Of a DNA stretch of 64,000 bases, positions 35,424-49,521 are shown piece after piece. The notes beneath the pieces were generated by a model. That model was given only the letters and a program-made list of their open reading frames with translations. It ran no database searches and was not told the origin of the DNA. This DNA comes from Zancudomyces culisetae HAW-14-8. Its lineage: Eukaryota > Fungi > Kickxellomycota. Where the stretch lies: contig JBNJNM010000006.1 of the NCBI GenBank assembly GCA_052426225.1, forward strand, positions 496,001-560,000, read 5' to 3'. Both the position numbers and the translations under genes were made by a program. Each line of letters begins with the position of its first letter. Positions within the stretch are counted from its first letter, which is position 1.

Positions 35424-36812
35424 TCACCGCCTGGAAAGACGGTAGGGACTTCTAGATCTGCTTCTTCGTGAATGCTTTCTAGGAGGCGAAACACTAGTTC
35501 TTCTTCCGCGGCGATAGCTAGATCTACTACGACTACGAGATCTCATGGAGCGAGAACGTGAACGGGAGAGGGAGCGGGAAGGGGATCGGGATCGGGAAGA
35601 GGAGTAACGACGAGGACGCTTGAATGACCTTTGTCTTGATCTAGACCTAGACCTAGACCTAGACCTAGACCTTGATCGAGACCTTGATCTTGAGCGAAAT
35701 CGTTTATTTCTGCTTCTATTTACAAAAGGTCTTGAGCGATTCGAGTAATAGCTGTCACGACGACCAGTTCCAGTGCTTCGTATGGAGGGACGGCGAGGCT
35801 CTCGCAAAACTACACTCAAGATTTCGTCGTCCAGCATACCGCCGTCCATATAGTCGATTGCTTTCAAAGCTTCTTCAGGCTTTTCAAAGTCGATATAGGC
35901 CATCTTTCGAAACCGTGTGGACCGTCTTTCAAAAGGTATAGTTACACGATCGATTTTCCCATAGGTAGAAAATATCTCATTTAAATGAGCCTCCCTTACT
36001 GCATGTGTCAGGTTTTTAACAACGACAGTAGATATTTCAGATGGCAGCTGGCTAACAAGAGCTGATGCTGATCGTTCTCTTTTTCCTGATCCTCGTGATA
36101 CCGACCGTGATACTGACATCAGTTTGCGCCTTGGAAGACCTGAGCGTGACCTACTTCTTTTCCTATTACGCTCTCTTGATCTTGAAGCTGACCTCGACCT
36201 CGACCTCGACCTCGACCGTGAGTACCTCCGCCCCGACCGTCGACTTCCACGTCTCGAGTCGTATGAGCGTGAAGGACTTGGTGATCTTCGTGTACTTCTG
36301 CGCCTCGTCCGACTGCCCCTAGAAGAGCGGGATCTCGAGAAGCGCGAATTGCGTCCTACCGATCGAGTTGAGGCTTGTAAGTCAGGGGATTTGCTTCTCG
36401 ATCTTGTTCGTATCGGTTGTGAACGTTCGATAATTGGCTCGTCTGTTCTGGTTTTTGATTTGCTTCTATCTCGATGTGGCGATCTTGAGTAGCTTATTGA
36501 TCTATTATTAGTGCGTAATTTTCAATATTATTAAAGTTGTTATTTTTACTAAGCTATAGCGGGTAGTATCTTCAGAATAAGTCAAGATTATAAAAATTGA
36601 GGCACCCCTCCCAAAAAAAAATACGGGAATGTATCCTTCTCAAAGTTTTTGACGACAACAAAGAGAATTGCACGAGCTTTAGGCAATGATATAATTTGAT
36701 CAAGCTCACTCTCACTTCCCTTGCCTCTTAAGAATCCAAAAATAAAAAAAATGAGTAGTTACCTAGAATCATCATCCATTGATGAGAGACTGGGGCTGCG
36801 AACCGTTGCCAT
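35424..36812 (-). CDS. RNPS1: RNPS1-like RRM/RS-domain splicing and EJC factor (2 exons)
   Basis: Exon 36812-36763 plus 36501-35424 in frame. RRM VKNLTHAVREAHLNEIFSTYG...KAIDYMDGGMLD flanked by SR repeats. Confidence 0.88.
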
Positions 36813-39800
36813 GTTTTGTGCATGCGTTGTATTTGTACTGTTTTTATTGATTCTTTTTTTTTAAATTATGTTTGTTGATCGTTTTGTTTGTTTGTTTGTC
36901 TTATTTATTTGTTTTTATAGTAATGTTATCACCACCAAAAGTGAATAAAGACGGCACAAAATTTTGAAAACAATTATGGAAATGTATTTACATAAATTAA
37001 TGAAAAATACTTCAATATTATTTTTATGACGTTTTTATGACATGTAAACTTATTAACCCCCTTGATCTATGGGAAAACGCGTTGGATATAACACCACAGG
37101 TATACTAGCCTTGGTATTGCAAGTCCTTACAGACGATTTTACCAGGTTGATTTGAACTTTTGTGTTAATATGTATTGAGTTCATTTATCACTAACACTGT
37201 TGTATGAAATTTCCGTGTCTTGTCATTAACAGCAAAGTTTGGGTTTACTAGATTTTAATGTGGTAAGTGCCCTATTTAGAAATAATGAGATGAAACAGGA
37301 TTGTGGTTACAATCAACTTAGATTCCCGATTCCTCAGTTATCCAAGAAAAGTGCGAATATTAAGATGCTGATACTGAATTTGTTAGTATACTAACTTTCA
37401 TGATCGATTTTATATTTTGGTACATATAAAAAAATAGCTAGATGTGTTTGATTTTGCAGTTTATAAACAACAAGCAGATATGAGTGTGGAGTATTGCTGT
37501 TACGGCTCATATCTGACTCGCCCCCAAAATACATACATACACATATACAAGTGGTGGTTAGGTGCAAGGATGCTAGATCCAATTTATTTTCTGTACCAGC
37601 TTCTTTTCTTGTTTCTGTGAGTGTAATAAAAGTGGAAACATAACGAGTGTTGGAAAGAAAGTTGCAAATACATCAACTGGTGTCATGGGCTTCATACTTG
37701 TTGTATTTTGCTACTTGAAGGAGAGAATACAATTGGGCTTTTGGATTAGCTCCAAACACGAAAAGCAATAAACAGGAAATCTTCCACTTTATTCTTTACT
37801 TTTTTATTTTTATTTTTATTTTTTGAGATTATTTACCATGAAAATCAGATTTGGAAAATCGAATTTAAATTCTTGAACGTGTAAAAAAAGTTGTGAAAAA
37901 ACAATGTTGGAAATGCATATAAATTCCTCTACAAAAAAAAAAGAGCAACGTCCACAAGAGGGCAAATTACTCGTAAACTCAACACCAGTAGTCATAGTTA
38001 GAAATTGGACCAAGTATGTGATTTGCATTATTTTGTTATGTTTTGGTGGTAATTGGCCTAGACCACATTGCAAATTCGTAGCTAATATTGGGAGGGAGGG
38101 GGGAAACACAGTTTTCGTGTTAATTCTCACCCAAATAGCAAAAAAAAGACTCCATAGTTTGGAAATGCGGAGCTTATAGCCAATATTACAAAGCCAGTAA
38201 ATGAAAACAATGTTGTTGATGAAGGAAATTTTAACATTTCATACAAAGAAAAAAAATGAAAATAGGTCAAAGAGTCAGAAAACACAAACCAATTTCCATT
38301 ATTACTACATATGGCATTAGATAAATACATTTGAATTTATTTGAGAAGCAAGGAGAATGTAAAAAAAAAATTTTATATTATTTTGCTATTGGCTAGAAAA
38401 TTGTTTGAATTTCCATTAAAAAAATAGATAGGAGATTCGCAAATGGGGTTATTTGCGTTGTACCAGTTTATTAAACCAGGAAAACTTTTCTTCTAGATGA
38501 CGTAAAGGGGGATAAAAAGCCAGGAGACAAACCATATTCAACAAGGATAATTTTTTGCCAACACTTATTTGAAAAGGCGAAAACAAAAACAAAAACAAAA
38601 ACAGAAGAAAAAAGAAAAGAAAAAAAAAGGATAAAGGAAAAAAAAGAGTATTAATATAGCTTTGCAAAATATTTCTATTTAAGAATTATATTTGATTTGT
38701 AGAATTAGTAGGAATACCAACAAAACCAACAACACTAAAACCAAAAACAAAAACCAAAACCAAAAACCAAAACCAACAAATACAGATTGTAAGTTGCTTT
38801 TTCCATAATACTATTATATGCTTTTTAGCTAGAATGTTTAGGCCATCTTGACCGCTTTGCCCAAGCGTTTCGAAATTCGCAAGGAGGAACCTTTATTTTT
38901 CCCAGCACTCGATTTTATTATCACTTTTGATTTTGGTTTCCACCTTTGTTTGAGCTTTTAACTCGATGGGTTGCGAAACGAAAACTAAACATAAAAAAAA
39001 CAAGGACAAAAGCCAAAAGATGAAATAAAGATGAGAGTCAGATCGGAGGATAATGGGTATATTCTAAAGAAATAGTCGAGTAAAGACAAAATAATCGGGA
39101 TACAACAAAACAAAAACATAAAAAAAACAAAAGATGATGGGATCGCTTTGCTCAACTCCCTTATTTTTGCCCTTTTAAAAAACCTGTTGTTTTAGAATCT
39201 TGTGCAATCACCAGAAAAAACGCAGATAAATTCCCCTCCCCCTTATTGCTATTGATTTTTCTTTCACAAGATGAAGCGAATCATTAGGATCAAATGGAGA
39301 AAATAGGAAATACATTTTCAATGCGCACACTTGTGAATCATCGCTACAGAGATGATAGCCCTATCCAAAGAAAAAAAGAGTTCTGAAGGGTACCTTTACT
39401 TTTTCCATTTAATTATATTAAATAAGCACCTCATGAATAAGGGAGGGCATATGGTGCTATGGAAAGTAAGTGCTGAGATAAGAAGTGAATAAGGGCGGGG
39501 AATAAAGAGATAAAAACGCGTATACGTATGTAAATCTATTTCTTTTGGATATTGCTTTTTAAAGCCACACATAGTGTTGCGAGTATAGCATATTCTGACA
39601 ATAGCCTGTAGGCTAGACTAAAAGGGTGGGAGCGAACGCAAAAAAACACGAGTGTACTAGTTGATAGAATTAGAAGCACAGTCGTTTAAAAAAATATACA
39701 GATATATATTTTTTGAAGCAAAGCAGTTTTCTGTCAAAGCCTGGTGTAAGGGAGGGTGAAAGAAAAGTATCTGCATTGATAGTGAAATGCTAGAGTGAAA

Positions 39801-40103
39801 AGAACGTTTTTGAGGATGGAAAGAAAAAAGGAAATTGTGATCGACTTGAGGAAGGGGGAGAGAGGGTGATCAACGGCTTAAATATAGGGAAAATAATGAG
39901 TTGTGGCTAATCGGATGTCTTTTTTCTTTTTTTTTGTTTTGTTTACCTTGATTTTTGTCTAGAAAATGACTTTAGGCTCATAAAAGATAGAAAAGGAGAG
40001 GAGAAGGAGGAGGAGGAGGGATATAGATAATATCAGTATATATAAACACACAAGAGTAAGAAAAGAATAATTAAACAAACGAAAAAAAAAACAAATAGAA
40101 AAA

Positions 40104-40820
40104 ATGTCAACCAACCTAGACAAGTCGCTTGATGAAATTATAACACAAAACAGAAGCCAGCGAGGAGGAGGGCCAAGAAGAAGAGGAGGACCACGAGAAG
40201 GAAGAATCGGAAAGAGAAGCTCACCATATGAACGCGGAGGAAGAGGTAACCAGGCAGTGCAGATGATCGTTGCTAACCCAGAGATGATGATGAAGGCAGT
40301 TGCAGGATCTTCAAGTGGGGCAGATGTAGGTGGAAACAAAATCCTGGTGGATAACCTCGACTACAAGGTAACAGAGGGAGACTTGCGAGAATTATTTGGC
40401 AAAGTGGGGCCAGTACGTCGAGCCACATTGAATTACGACTCTCGTGGTCGCAGCCGGGGTAAAGGTGAAGTAATATTTTCAAGATCAGGAGATGCGCTCA
40501 AGGCAATGGAAAAGTATAACCGTGTTCCATTGGATGGCCGGCCAATGAAGATTGAAATCCCAGTAGCCCAGCCAGGTGCAGCTGGAGCTGCAGCAGGTCA
40601 GGTTCCAATGCAGATGCCAATGCTGGTTGCTGTTCCCCAAGGTGGTATTGGGCGTGGAAGAAGAGGTCCTGGTGCCTTCCCTCGAAGAAGGGGTGGCAGA
40701 CGCAACATGCCAAGCCGACGTGAAAAGGGACCAGTTTCCCAGGCCGATTTGGACAGTGAAATGGACAAATATATGCAGATTGACGATGGGGCAGCAGCCA
40801 CTGCTCCCAAAACTGAATAA
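40104..40820 (+). CDS. YRA1: mRNA export adaptor Yra1/Mlo3/ALYREF
   Basis: N-terminal LDKSLDEII, central RRM (NYDSRGRSRG...YN.VPLDGRPM), C-terminal ADLDSEMDKYM. Confidence 0.95.
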   Translation: MSTNLDKSLDEIITQNRSQRGGGPRRRGGPREGRIGKRSSPYERGGRGNQAVQMIVANPEMMMKAVAGSSSGADVGGNKILVDNLDYKVTEGDLRELFGKVGPVRRATLNYDSRGRSRGKGEVIFSRSGDALKAMEKYNRVPLDGRPMKIEIPVAQPGAAGAAAGQVPMQMPMLVAVPQGGIGRGRRGPGAFPRRRGGRRNMPSRREKGPVSQADLDSEMDKYMQIDDGAAATAPKTE

Positions 40821-41087
40821 ATGAGTCTTAAAACTCATTCTCTCGTTATTGTTTAGTCGTTAAATTTTGGAGATAGGAGTATTGAAAAGTTTTTACTATT
40901 TAGTCTTTTTTCTACAATAATATTATTTAAATATATTACAAAAAAAACCCTTTCCCCCCCTAAAAAACAAACATGCACTCGCACACACACGTACATATAC
41001 ATACATAGTTCTTATGATTACAAAAATAACATTGAAATTAGATAAAGCAAGAAAAAAAAAAGGGGAAAAATTGTACAAATCTAAGAA

Positions 41088-44000
41088 TCAGGCAAAAGCA
41101 CAAGCGTGACCGCAGCCAGGAGAAGGGCAGATGGATTGGGTTGATTCTATAAACCAGGAATAGATGTGGGGAGGATGACCACCATGCCCACATCCCTGAC
41201 ACCAAACGTACTGACCTCGCACAGGCGAGCAACAAAACGAGCAAAGAGTGTTGTTTAGCTGAACAAGCTCCAATCCAGCACTAGTGTTCACAGCATTATC
41301 ACTGTTATCTGGAACGTCTTTAGTAGATGTAGGTGTAGATATAGATGTAAACGTAGAGGTAGAGGTATGGGGTTCAGTTGCTGGTGGTGATAATGGGTTC
41401 GGTTTATAGTAAAACCAACAGCATTTTGTACATCTATAGGAACCATTAAACGGTTCTTTGAGTTCATTACAGATATTACAGGTAAAATAAATGGAACAGG
41501 CGGTATTAGTAGTATTAGTAGTATTGGTAGTATTGGTAGCATTGGTAGTGCTGGTGACATTTGTGACAGTAGGTGGGTTTGTGTTTGCTGTGGCAGGTAC
41601 ATTTTGTTGTATATGTCGACTGTTACCATCCTGAACAGATCCAACACCAACACCACCACCAACACCACCACCACCAGCAACATTTTCTTGAAGATTGCTG
41701 TTATTATTATTACCAATAACATCGGATTCTGGACTAGTTACACCTATCTTTTCGTCGCTTTTATTACTCTCATTCACAGAGCTACTGTTGCTTTGTAATA
41801 CATCAATCCCATCGTTATTAATATACTCGGTGAGAAAAGAAAATGCATTAATTATTTGGTTTGCTTCGATATACAAACCGAGGCGAAACAAAAGGTCCAG
41901 GTAACAGGAATTGATAATGTTGTTGAATAAATAGTCTACCAATAACGATCTTCCATACCTAATATCCTTCATATCTTCCTCAACAAGCGCACTGGTATTA
42001 CCGATACTACTATCGTTATTATTGTTATTATTATTATTATTATTGCTATTGTTGATACCATTGGTGGTGATGCTATTGACAAATAGATTAGCAAATGCAG
42101 TTTGGTTCAATGTTTCACTATTATCTAAATGTCGTAGTCTTTTAGAGAGTAAAGTGGGTGAATACAGGTACTTTCTGATTATGCAGATAATAACAACCGA
42201 GAGTTGCAAATTAATCAAAAAATCGTTATTGCTGCTATCCCCATCATCACTAATAATACCATCGTTTGCTGTGCGTAGGTAGCGGCCTCCAAGACTATAA
42301 TCCATCTTGTTTTTGCTATCTGTTTGTTTTGGATTATTTCCAGTATAGTTGTTATACACATCAAGATAATGTAGTATCATTAACAGTCCTAATTTGACTT
42401 CTTTGAATGTAGGTTGTAGATTGGGTGGGACCATAAATACCTTATCGCTATTGCTGCTATCGCTAGTAAAAATATCAGTATCCAATTCCACTTCGCTACC
42501 ATCATCATCACCATCACCATTGTGATTGCAACTATTATTACCAAAACCAAAACTTGTACTAGGAGCGCGTATATTTTGGGTTTGAGCAGAGTTTATGTAT
42601 GAAAGCATTGGATTATGAGATGAATCAGGTATTACTGAACTTTTTTTTGGTTTTACTCTTAGAATATTGAGGGATCTTTTGTTGCTATTGCTGATGCTGG
42701 TGGCAATAGCTGATTTCCGACTACTAAACAATCGTTTGGGTATGTTACTAACCCTAGAGTTGTGATTAAATGGAGTAGATATAGTTGAACTAGCGTAGCT
42801 ACTACCAATAAGCGGTGAAGCAATAGCACTACTGTTATTACCATTATTACCACCACTGCCTTTATTCATCATTTTATAATTGTGGCCTTTTTGTAAAAAC
42901 GCATCCAGTTGTTGTTGTTGTTGTATCTGGTATATTTCATTAAACGGGATATTTTTTTGTTCAATATACTTGTAGTGCATAGTCTCTGAAAAAAGAAAAG
43001 ACAAGAGTTCCCAATCTTTTTCAATTCTATGGCAGCCAAATACATGAGCAACTCGAGCGTTATGTTCAAAGGTATGTACAACACCATCACCATCACCAAC
43101 ATCATCACCAACATCATCACCAACATCATCGCCATTGCCATTAGCATAAGAGTTCATAATGTGAGTTGGTGTGGTGGTTTTGGTTGTAGTAGTTGATAAT
43201 GGTTTTGAAAGCGTCAGTGGTTCATTTATTCTATAGTTTCTAGCAAAATACAAAAACTCTTTGCCTATTCCCAAATTGAGCCCTGTATTGCTAGCAAATC
43301 CACTAGTGGTGTTGTTTGATGAATCAGATATTGAAACTGATGGATCCGAATGAGAAGAGTCCATTGAAAGCGATGAAAAATCGATTTCCTGCACGCTGCT
43401 CGTATACCGGTTAAGTGGTAAGAACTTTGTCATGTTAATTACACCATAAATCCGTTCTAATTTGTGCATACTGACGTATTTGGTATATTCAGCTATAAAC
43501 TCATTTTCAGAAGTGGAGTTTCTTGCGCAAGAGTTGGTGGTTTTAATAGCTGTTGTTTGTTTCTTGAGTTTGTCACCATCCGAGTTTGTAGGTGAAATAT
43601 TATTAGAGGTAGAATTTGTCGACTTGTTGTCCTTTTGTTTGTCATCTGCTTTCAATAACTCCTTTTCGTAATTTAAAAAATAAAATTCTTTCAAATCGTT
43701 GCCCAAAGTATCGCCCGAAGTTACAACGTATTTGTTCCCATCAGTATCCTTACTGCCGTTGTCTTTTCCATGCTCATTATTAAAGCTTTTCAACGTGGGT
43801 TTTCCAATTGCAATTTCAGAAAACAATCCCAAATCAAATGACATATTACTAGTGTATCTGTCATAGCTAAATGGCGAAGTAGTGTTGCCTTGGTTGTCGT
43901 GGGTATTGAGATTTGTGCCCATATCTGTAATGACAAATTTCCCATCATTCCCGCAAGTCCATAAATAACGGTATTCATGAGAATCATCACTTGGGTTGGA

Positions 44001-47000
44001 GTAGTTAGATGAATAATAGTCATCATATAGCGAAGGACCGGCACAGTTTGTCCACAACAGACTGGTAACACTATCTACATGCAAATCATGGAAAAGACTG
44101 GGTCGTGATGGTCGGTTGGTATTCCAGACATAAACATTGTTATCAGAAACTAATGAGCAGCTAGCCAGCTCGGAACTATTGACACCAGGTCTAAACGCAA
44201 TTCTCCGCACATGTGCAATAGTCTCAAATGTAGAAAGAGGCAGATATATCCGCTTATTTCCATCACTATGCAGATCGTTGACACGCCATATGTGTATATA
44301 CCCATCACTTCCACCACTGGCAATAACCTGTCCACTAGAATGCCAACTTACACACTGGGTACGCCCCGAGGAATGTGCTATAATCGAGGCATAGGCAGTC
44401 CTAGTCTGGCGAATATCCCACAGTCCGACACGGCCATTTCCGTTAGCCACAGCCATCTGATACATATTATTTGGGTTACATGCAATATCGTTTGCAACAC
44501 TCTGGCCAGTCTTGAGTTGGACAATTGACCCTTTACCCGAATATCTGCTGTCAACACGCTCATCATATCCCAAAACAATTCCATCTTGAAATGCGCCGAA
44601 AAATACACTTGGCTCTCCTGGTTGGGTTGCCAGTCGACTTAGCGCACGATTACTTGCCCGGATTCTTCGTTTGGGCTCTGAAGCCACTCCCCCAAACCCA
44701 CCACCACCACCACCACCACCAACAGTATTTTCAAAATCATTATTCCCGCTGACTTGTGGATCCCATAGCAAAATTGTTCCGTCGTTTGCTCCAGTAACAA
44801 TAGTTGTTGCAGAGGGCCAAAGCACATCACGAAAATCCACACTAAGAGACATCCTCAACTGTCCCACCAGGTTTGCCCGTCTGTGTATCCCATTTCGTGT
44901 AATACTCATCAGCACCAACCCTTCCTGCCCTGCCAACACCGCCATCTTTCCCGGAACACCTATTGGTGACTCTGCCAGTGCTGCCCAGCGACCTGAACTC
45001 TTGTCTTCAGCAAGACTGGTTTGGTTGAGCCGATCACGCTTCTGTCTCCACGTTTGAGCGATACTTAACCCAGTACTGTAATCGCTGGCGCTAATGCTAT
45101 TCTTAAAGTTGCTGCTAATACTACTACTCTTAGCCACAATGCCCTCGACACTACTGCGCTCATTGAGCTCACCATATCCAAGATCCTCAGTGCTAGTTTC
45201 GCCTGTTTCATAGAAATCATAGTTGAGATTGCGTTTCCCATTATCCTTGTATGTATTCGTGGTTGTTGTTGTGGTTGTAGTCTTTGCTATTGCTGGAGCA
45301 TATTGAGTTTTGTGGTTATCAGAAGGCTGCAGTAATTCCTGTTGATGCTTATATTGGTTTTGACGGTCTTGATGATGACGATGATGATGGTGACGATGGT
45401 TATGCAATTGTTGTTGTTGTTGTTGTTGTTGTTCGTATTCAGTGTTCTCCACATCCCTTCCCGCATTTGACTTTTGCGCTTTATAAGGGTTTCTATTTAT
45501 TTCATCAATACTTGTTTTGCAATCACTGCTTCCAAATCCACTCTTAATACCTTCGTTTTGTGGTAAGTCATAGCCATGGCTATAGCTTTGACCCTGTCCA
45601 TACCCGTACCCGTACCCATACGCAGACTTGGACTTGGATCCTGATTCATACATCGATCCAAGCCCGAACCCTGAACCTGCGCTTAGCCCATGCTCACTGC
45701 TATTCTCTACATTAGGCGATGCTCTTTCAGTTCTTTCCCTCTGTTCATTTTCATAGTATATTGCTATTTTGTTTTTTCTTTTCTGGTCTGCAAATTCTCT
45801 CCCGTGGTAGTTTCCCAGTATTGCTGACTGTTCCTGCTATTTTTAACCACCATATTTCTGAGCATCTGACCATTGTGTTGATTTTATATGCGATTAAAAA
45901 AAAAATAAATATAAAAAAAAATAAAACTTACCAACTCCTCGGAATTTCGAAGCAGAGAACTGCCAGTGCTATACACTTTATTTCCACCAGTTGCTGTGGA
46001 TCTTGTACCATCGTCTGCCATCAATAACCCCCCAGCACTACCTCCAATACCTCGAATATCCCCTGGTATATGGTACCCTGAATTTGTACGTTTATAAACT
46101 GTCGGCTGGCTTTTATAGCTGCTTGGCTCACCTCCAAGATCATCAGACACTCCTTTCACCCCCATCGCCGACAGCAACACCCCACTGCCTCGTTTTTGAA
46201 TATTTTCAATCCTATCAAGCCTATTTGCTTGCACCTCCGCCATGGTCGACTTTTGATTTTGTTGCCGAATCGATTGGCTGCCTTTCTGATTTAACGTTGC
46301 TGAATTCATTACAATTCCTTCGAATAGGTATTTTCGCAGATTGACATTTCCGACAGAATCATCAATCCCCTCTCCAGGTATACCTACTATTTCCTTCCTG
46401 CTTACTTCGGCAGATTTTCTTAACCCGGAATTCACAACAACATCATCCCTATTTTTACCATCCATACTATATCTAGTTGTTTTACTTTGATGTTCATTTT
46501 CAACCTCATTTTCATCTTCATTGTCGTGCCCTCCCCCATTATCCAGTCCCATCCCAAAAGCTGCCCGTAATCCCTTTCCAAGTCCCAATCCTAACCCCAA
46601 CCCCAAACCCAGCCCCTTTTTTTCGTCTCTTACTACTCTTATGTTCTTTTGACCCTGAGTGTTATGGATACTATCAAACACACCACCCACAGATATCATG
46701 CTTCTTGTCTTTTTCATAGCCTTTCTATTTTCTCCTGCAAGCTTTTCGACAGCTCGACCACCACTCTCCCCTATCCCAACCTTTTGTACTGCATATCTAG
46801 TCGCAGACTTTTCCTGATCAATATTATTGCTACCGCTTTTTGCTACCTCTTGTTCCATATTATATACCGACAGTGCTTGTGAGCTCGTATTCTGGCCAAT
46901 ATCGACCTTGATCCCGGCGTCAGACTCTAGCTTTGGTTCAGCCTTTTGCCCAGGGTTGGGCTTCCTACTCTTGCCTATTGCATCAGATAACACCTCACTA

Positions 47001-48190
47001 TACTTTCTTATCAACATATACTCCCCACCATCCACAGCATTCAAATCTACCGACCCAGCTCTCTGCTTCTCTTGCCTCTTATCATCTTCTTGTCCACCCT
47101 CTTTTGAATTTATTGGTGGCACTTTTTGCCCCCCAACTACACCAATTCCCCCTGCAATAATACTCTTTTGATTCTTATTTTTATTCAAAGTCTCTGATAT
47201 TGTTGTTAGCTTCCCATGTTGACCATCACTATAGCGCCCTTCGATCTCTGGTACTCTCTCAGTTCCCAAAATGCTTTTTTTCGGTTCAGTTTCAGTCGAA
47301 ATATCCATAGGTACAACACCAGTGGAGACAGTATTTGTCGTTACTGCTACTTCCTCGTTCCCTGAGACCCGCTTTTTAAACATACTTAGCCATATACTTG
47401 TTCCAACACCACCCCCACTTCCACCACCATCTCCAACATCGCCCTTGAGAACCTCAGCCGTCCCTCCACCTTCGGTTGGATGAGTGCTATCCTTTATATC
47501 ACCCATTATTTTGTTTTTGTTACCAACATTGCTTTTTTCACCACTACTCAATCCACTATTCCCAGCGTCCCCTACTTCTACTGATGGCATTATTTCGTGC
47601 CCTTCAAAGCCGAACAGTAAATCCTTGCTGGTTTTTATAATTTTTCCAAAAACATTTCCTTCATGTATCTGTATTTCACTTTCTGTCCCAACAGATCGTG
47701 CTTCATTCTCTTGTCGTTTTTCTTTACTCTCGTCAGCCTTGACTCTAACATTTAGATCAGTATTTTCTTGATTAATCCCGCTACGACGGCCATCAGCACC
47801 ATCACCCTCGTTGGTTGTGGTAGAAACGATGGTATAAATGCTGCCTTGCTTTTTTTCTTGATCGATATGTGATTTTGCTCGTGTTTCTGTGCTTTTCCCG
47901 GTTGTATAGTTTCTGAATTCTCCCCTTTCCATTCCTCTAACCTCAGATCCTTCTTCGCCAATCAAATCTCCAAACACATACTTAGACCGCTCCGCTTCAT
48001 CAATCTCGCTTGTCGACCTTCCTGCTGCTGCAGTGGTAGCATCTGCATCGAATCCTGTTTCTCTTCTTATCTGACCCACAGGGCGCTTAAACAAACCTCC
48101 TCGGGACTTTTTATGACCATACCCTCTTGGCTTGGTAACAGGTGAATCCATTATGTCTTTTGCTACTATTATATTATTATTGTTCAACAC
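41088..48190 (-). CDS. WDR24: GATOR2/SEA subunit WDR24/Sea2/Rtc1, probably with a ~750-aa extra 5' exon (~2,335 aa total)
   Basis: WD40 repeats, HNARVA motif, C-terminal RING CSFC..PVRGQYVWCQGCGHGGH..HI.SWF...CP..GCGHAC. Donor gtaagt at 45931 and TAG acceptor at 45837-45839 join the 48190 ORF in frame. The WDR24 call is firm; the 5' fusion is less so. Confidence 0.85.
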
Positions 48191-49521
48191 TATCTTGTCT
48201 GTTCGTATCGCGCTAATACTTCACACATTTACTCATTATTCAATTTTCGTATTTAATTATTCATTTTGCTTGTTCATTGCCCTTTCGTTTAGCATTAGAA
48301 TCGACTCTGCATATCCCTATTAGTCTTGATCATAGTTCTATTTATAGAGTCACACAAGGGTTCTTCGTATTCACAATATCATTTTTTTTGAAAAACTTGG
48401 TCAATTTAATCAATTTAACTTGATATAATTTAGCCGCCGTTATTATTGCCTCCAAACAAATCAAGCACTAAGCTGACTGTTAATTATTTAATATCGCCAA
48501 AATTGCGAACCAACTTACAAAAAATGGGGCCTGCTTTTTCAAACCCCACTCATTTTGGTGTTTTCGTTTTTTTTTTATTTCTGCAAGTTTTTCTTCTTGC
48601 GGAATTGAAATTAGTTGGTTAGTTGCTTGTACTAGTAACAAATAAATTCCCAGAAATATTTTATTATCCAATTTGTTCAAAGTAAGGCTATTAGACCAAA
48701 TTTTTAGTTTCAGAATGCTTCGATATCTCCATGCTCCCCGTTTGTGAAACGCAAAATATCCTGCTTGCCCCGCTCTGCCCTGATTTGTAGTTTAATTCTT
48801 TACTTTTGATAGTAAAGGGTCTAGACCATGGTAATCAACCTGTATTTGACAATATAACCCCATTCAGTTGATAAAAGAGCCACGGTAACTAGCTTAGTCA
48901 AAGGTTGTATAACAAGCTGCAGCTATGGGTATGGGTATGGATACGGGTATGGACTCAAGCTGAACAATGTCAGCAATTTTCTATCAATTGATGCAAGATA
49001 AACCCATTAACTTGAGTGAATAAACTTTTGGATCTTGGTAAAACAACTAAAATGGCTCATATCTACTATATACTAAGAAAATATTGGCAGTAATGTGTTT
49101 TTGTTTGGGCGTATTCCGCTGGATTGCTATAACAATCGACCTATATTACATAAAAGCTCTAATTTTGATCAAGCTTTTGGATAGGTGTGATTTGTACTTG
49201 TAGTGAAGAAGGGTGTTGAACATATAAACATATTGTATTGAGCGTTTTACTTATAACACTTTATTAGAATAAAAATTTTAGTTGATCATCTCGATCCTGT
49301 CTTCTAATGAGCATGTAAACAAATTACAAAAAATGATAATAATTATATAATCTAAAGAAATTGAGTTTACTAAGGATATCACAAGCATTCCCTTAGCCAA
49401 CACTATACATAATTATTCATATTCATACCCTTAAAAAACACAATTTTATTTAGCGAGTATCTGAATTGACAAAAAAAAAGACAAGTTTATGGAAAAGGCA
49501 AGAAAACGCAAAAAAAATATA

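Noticed and set aside
36124-36492. + strand 'DLDLDL' ORF
   Set aside because: Antisense shadow of the RS repeats in the RNPS1 exon.
48925-48955. (ATGGGT)n-like hexamer repeat
   Set aside because: Short simple repeat of a type seen throughout the window. Not telomeric and no ORF context.
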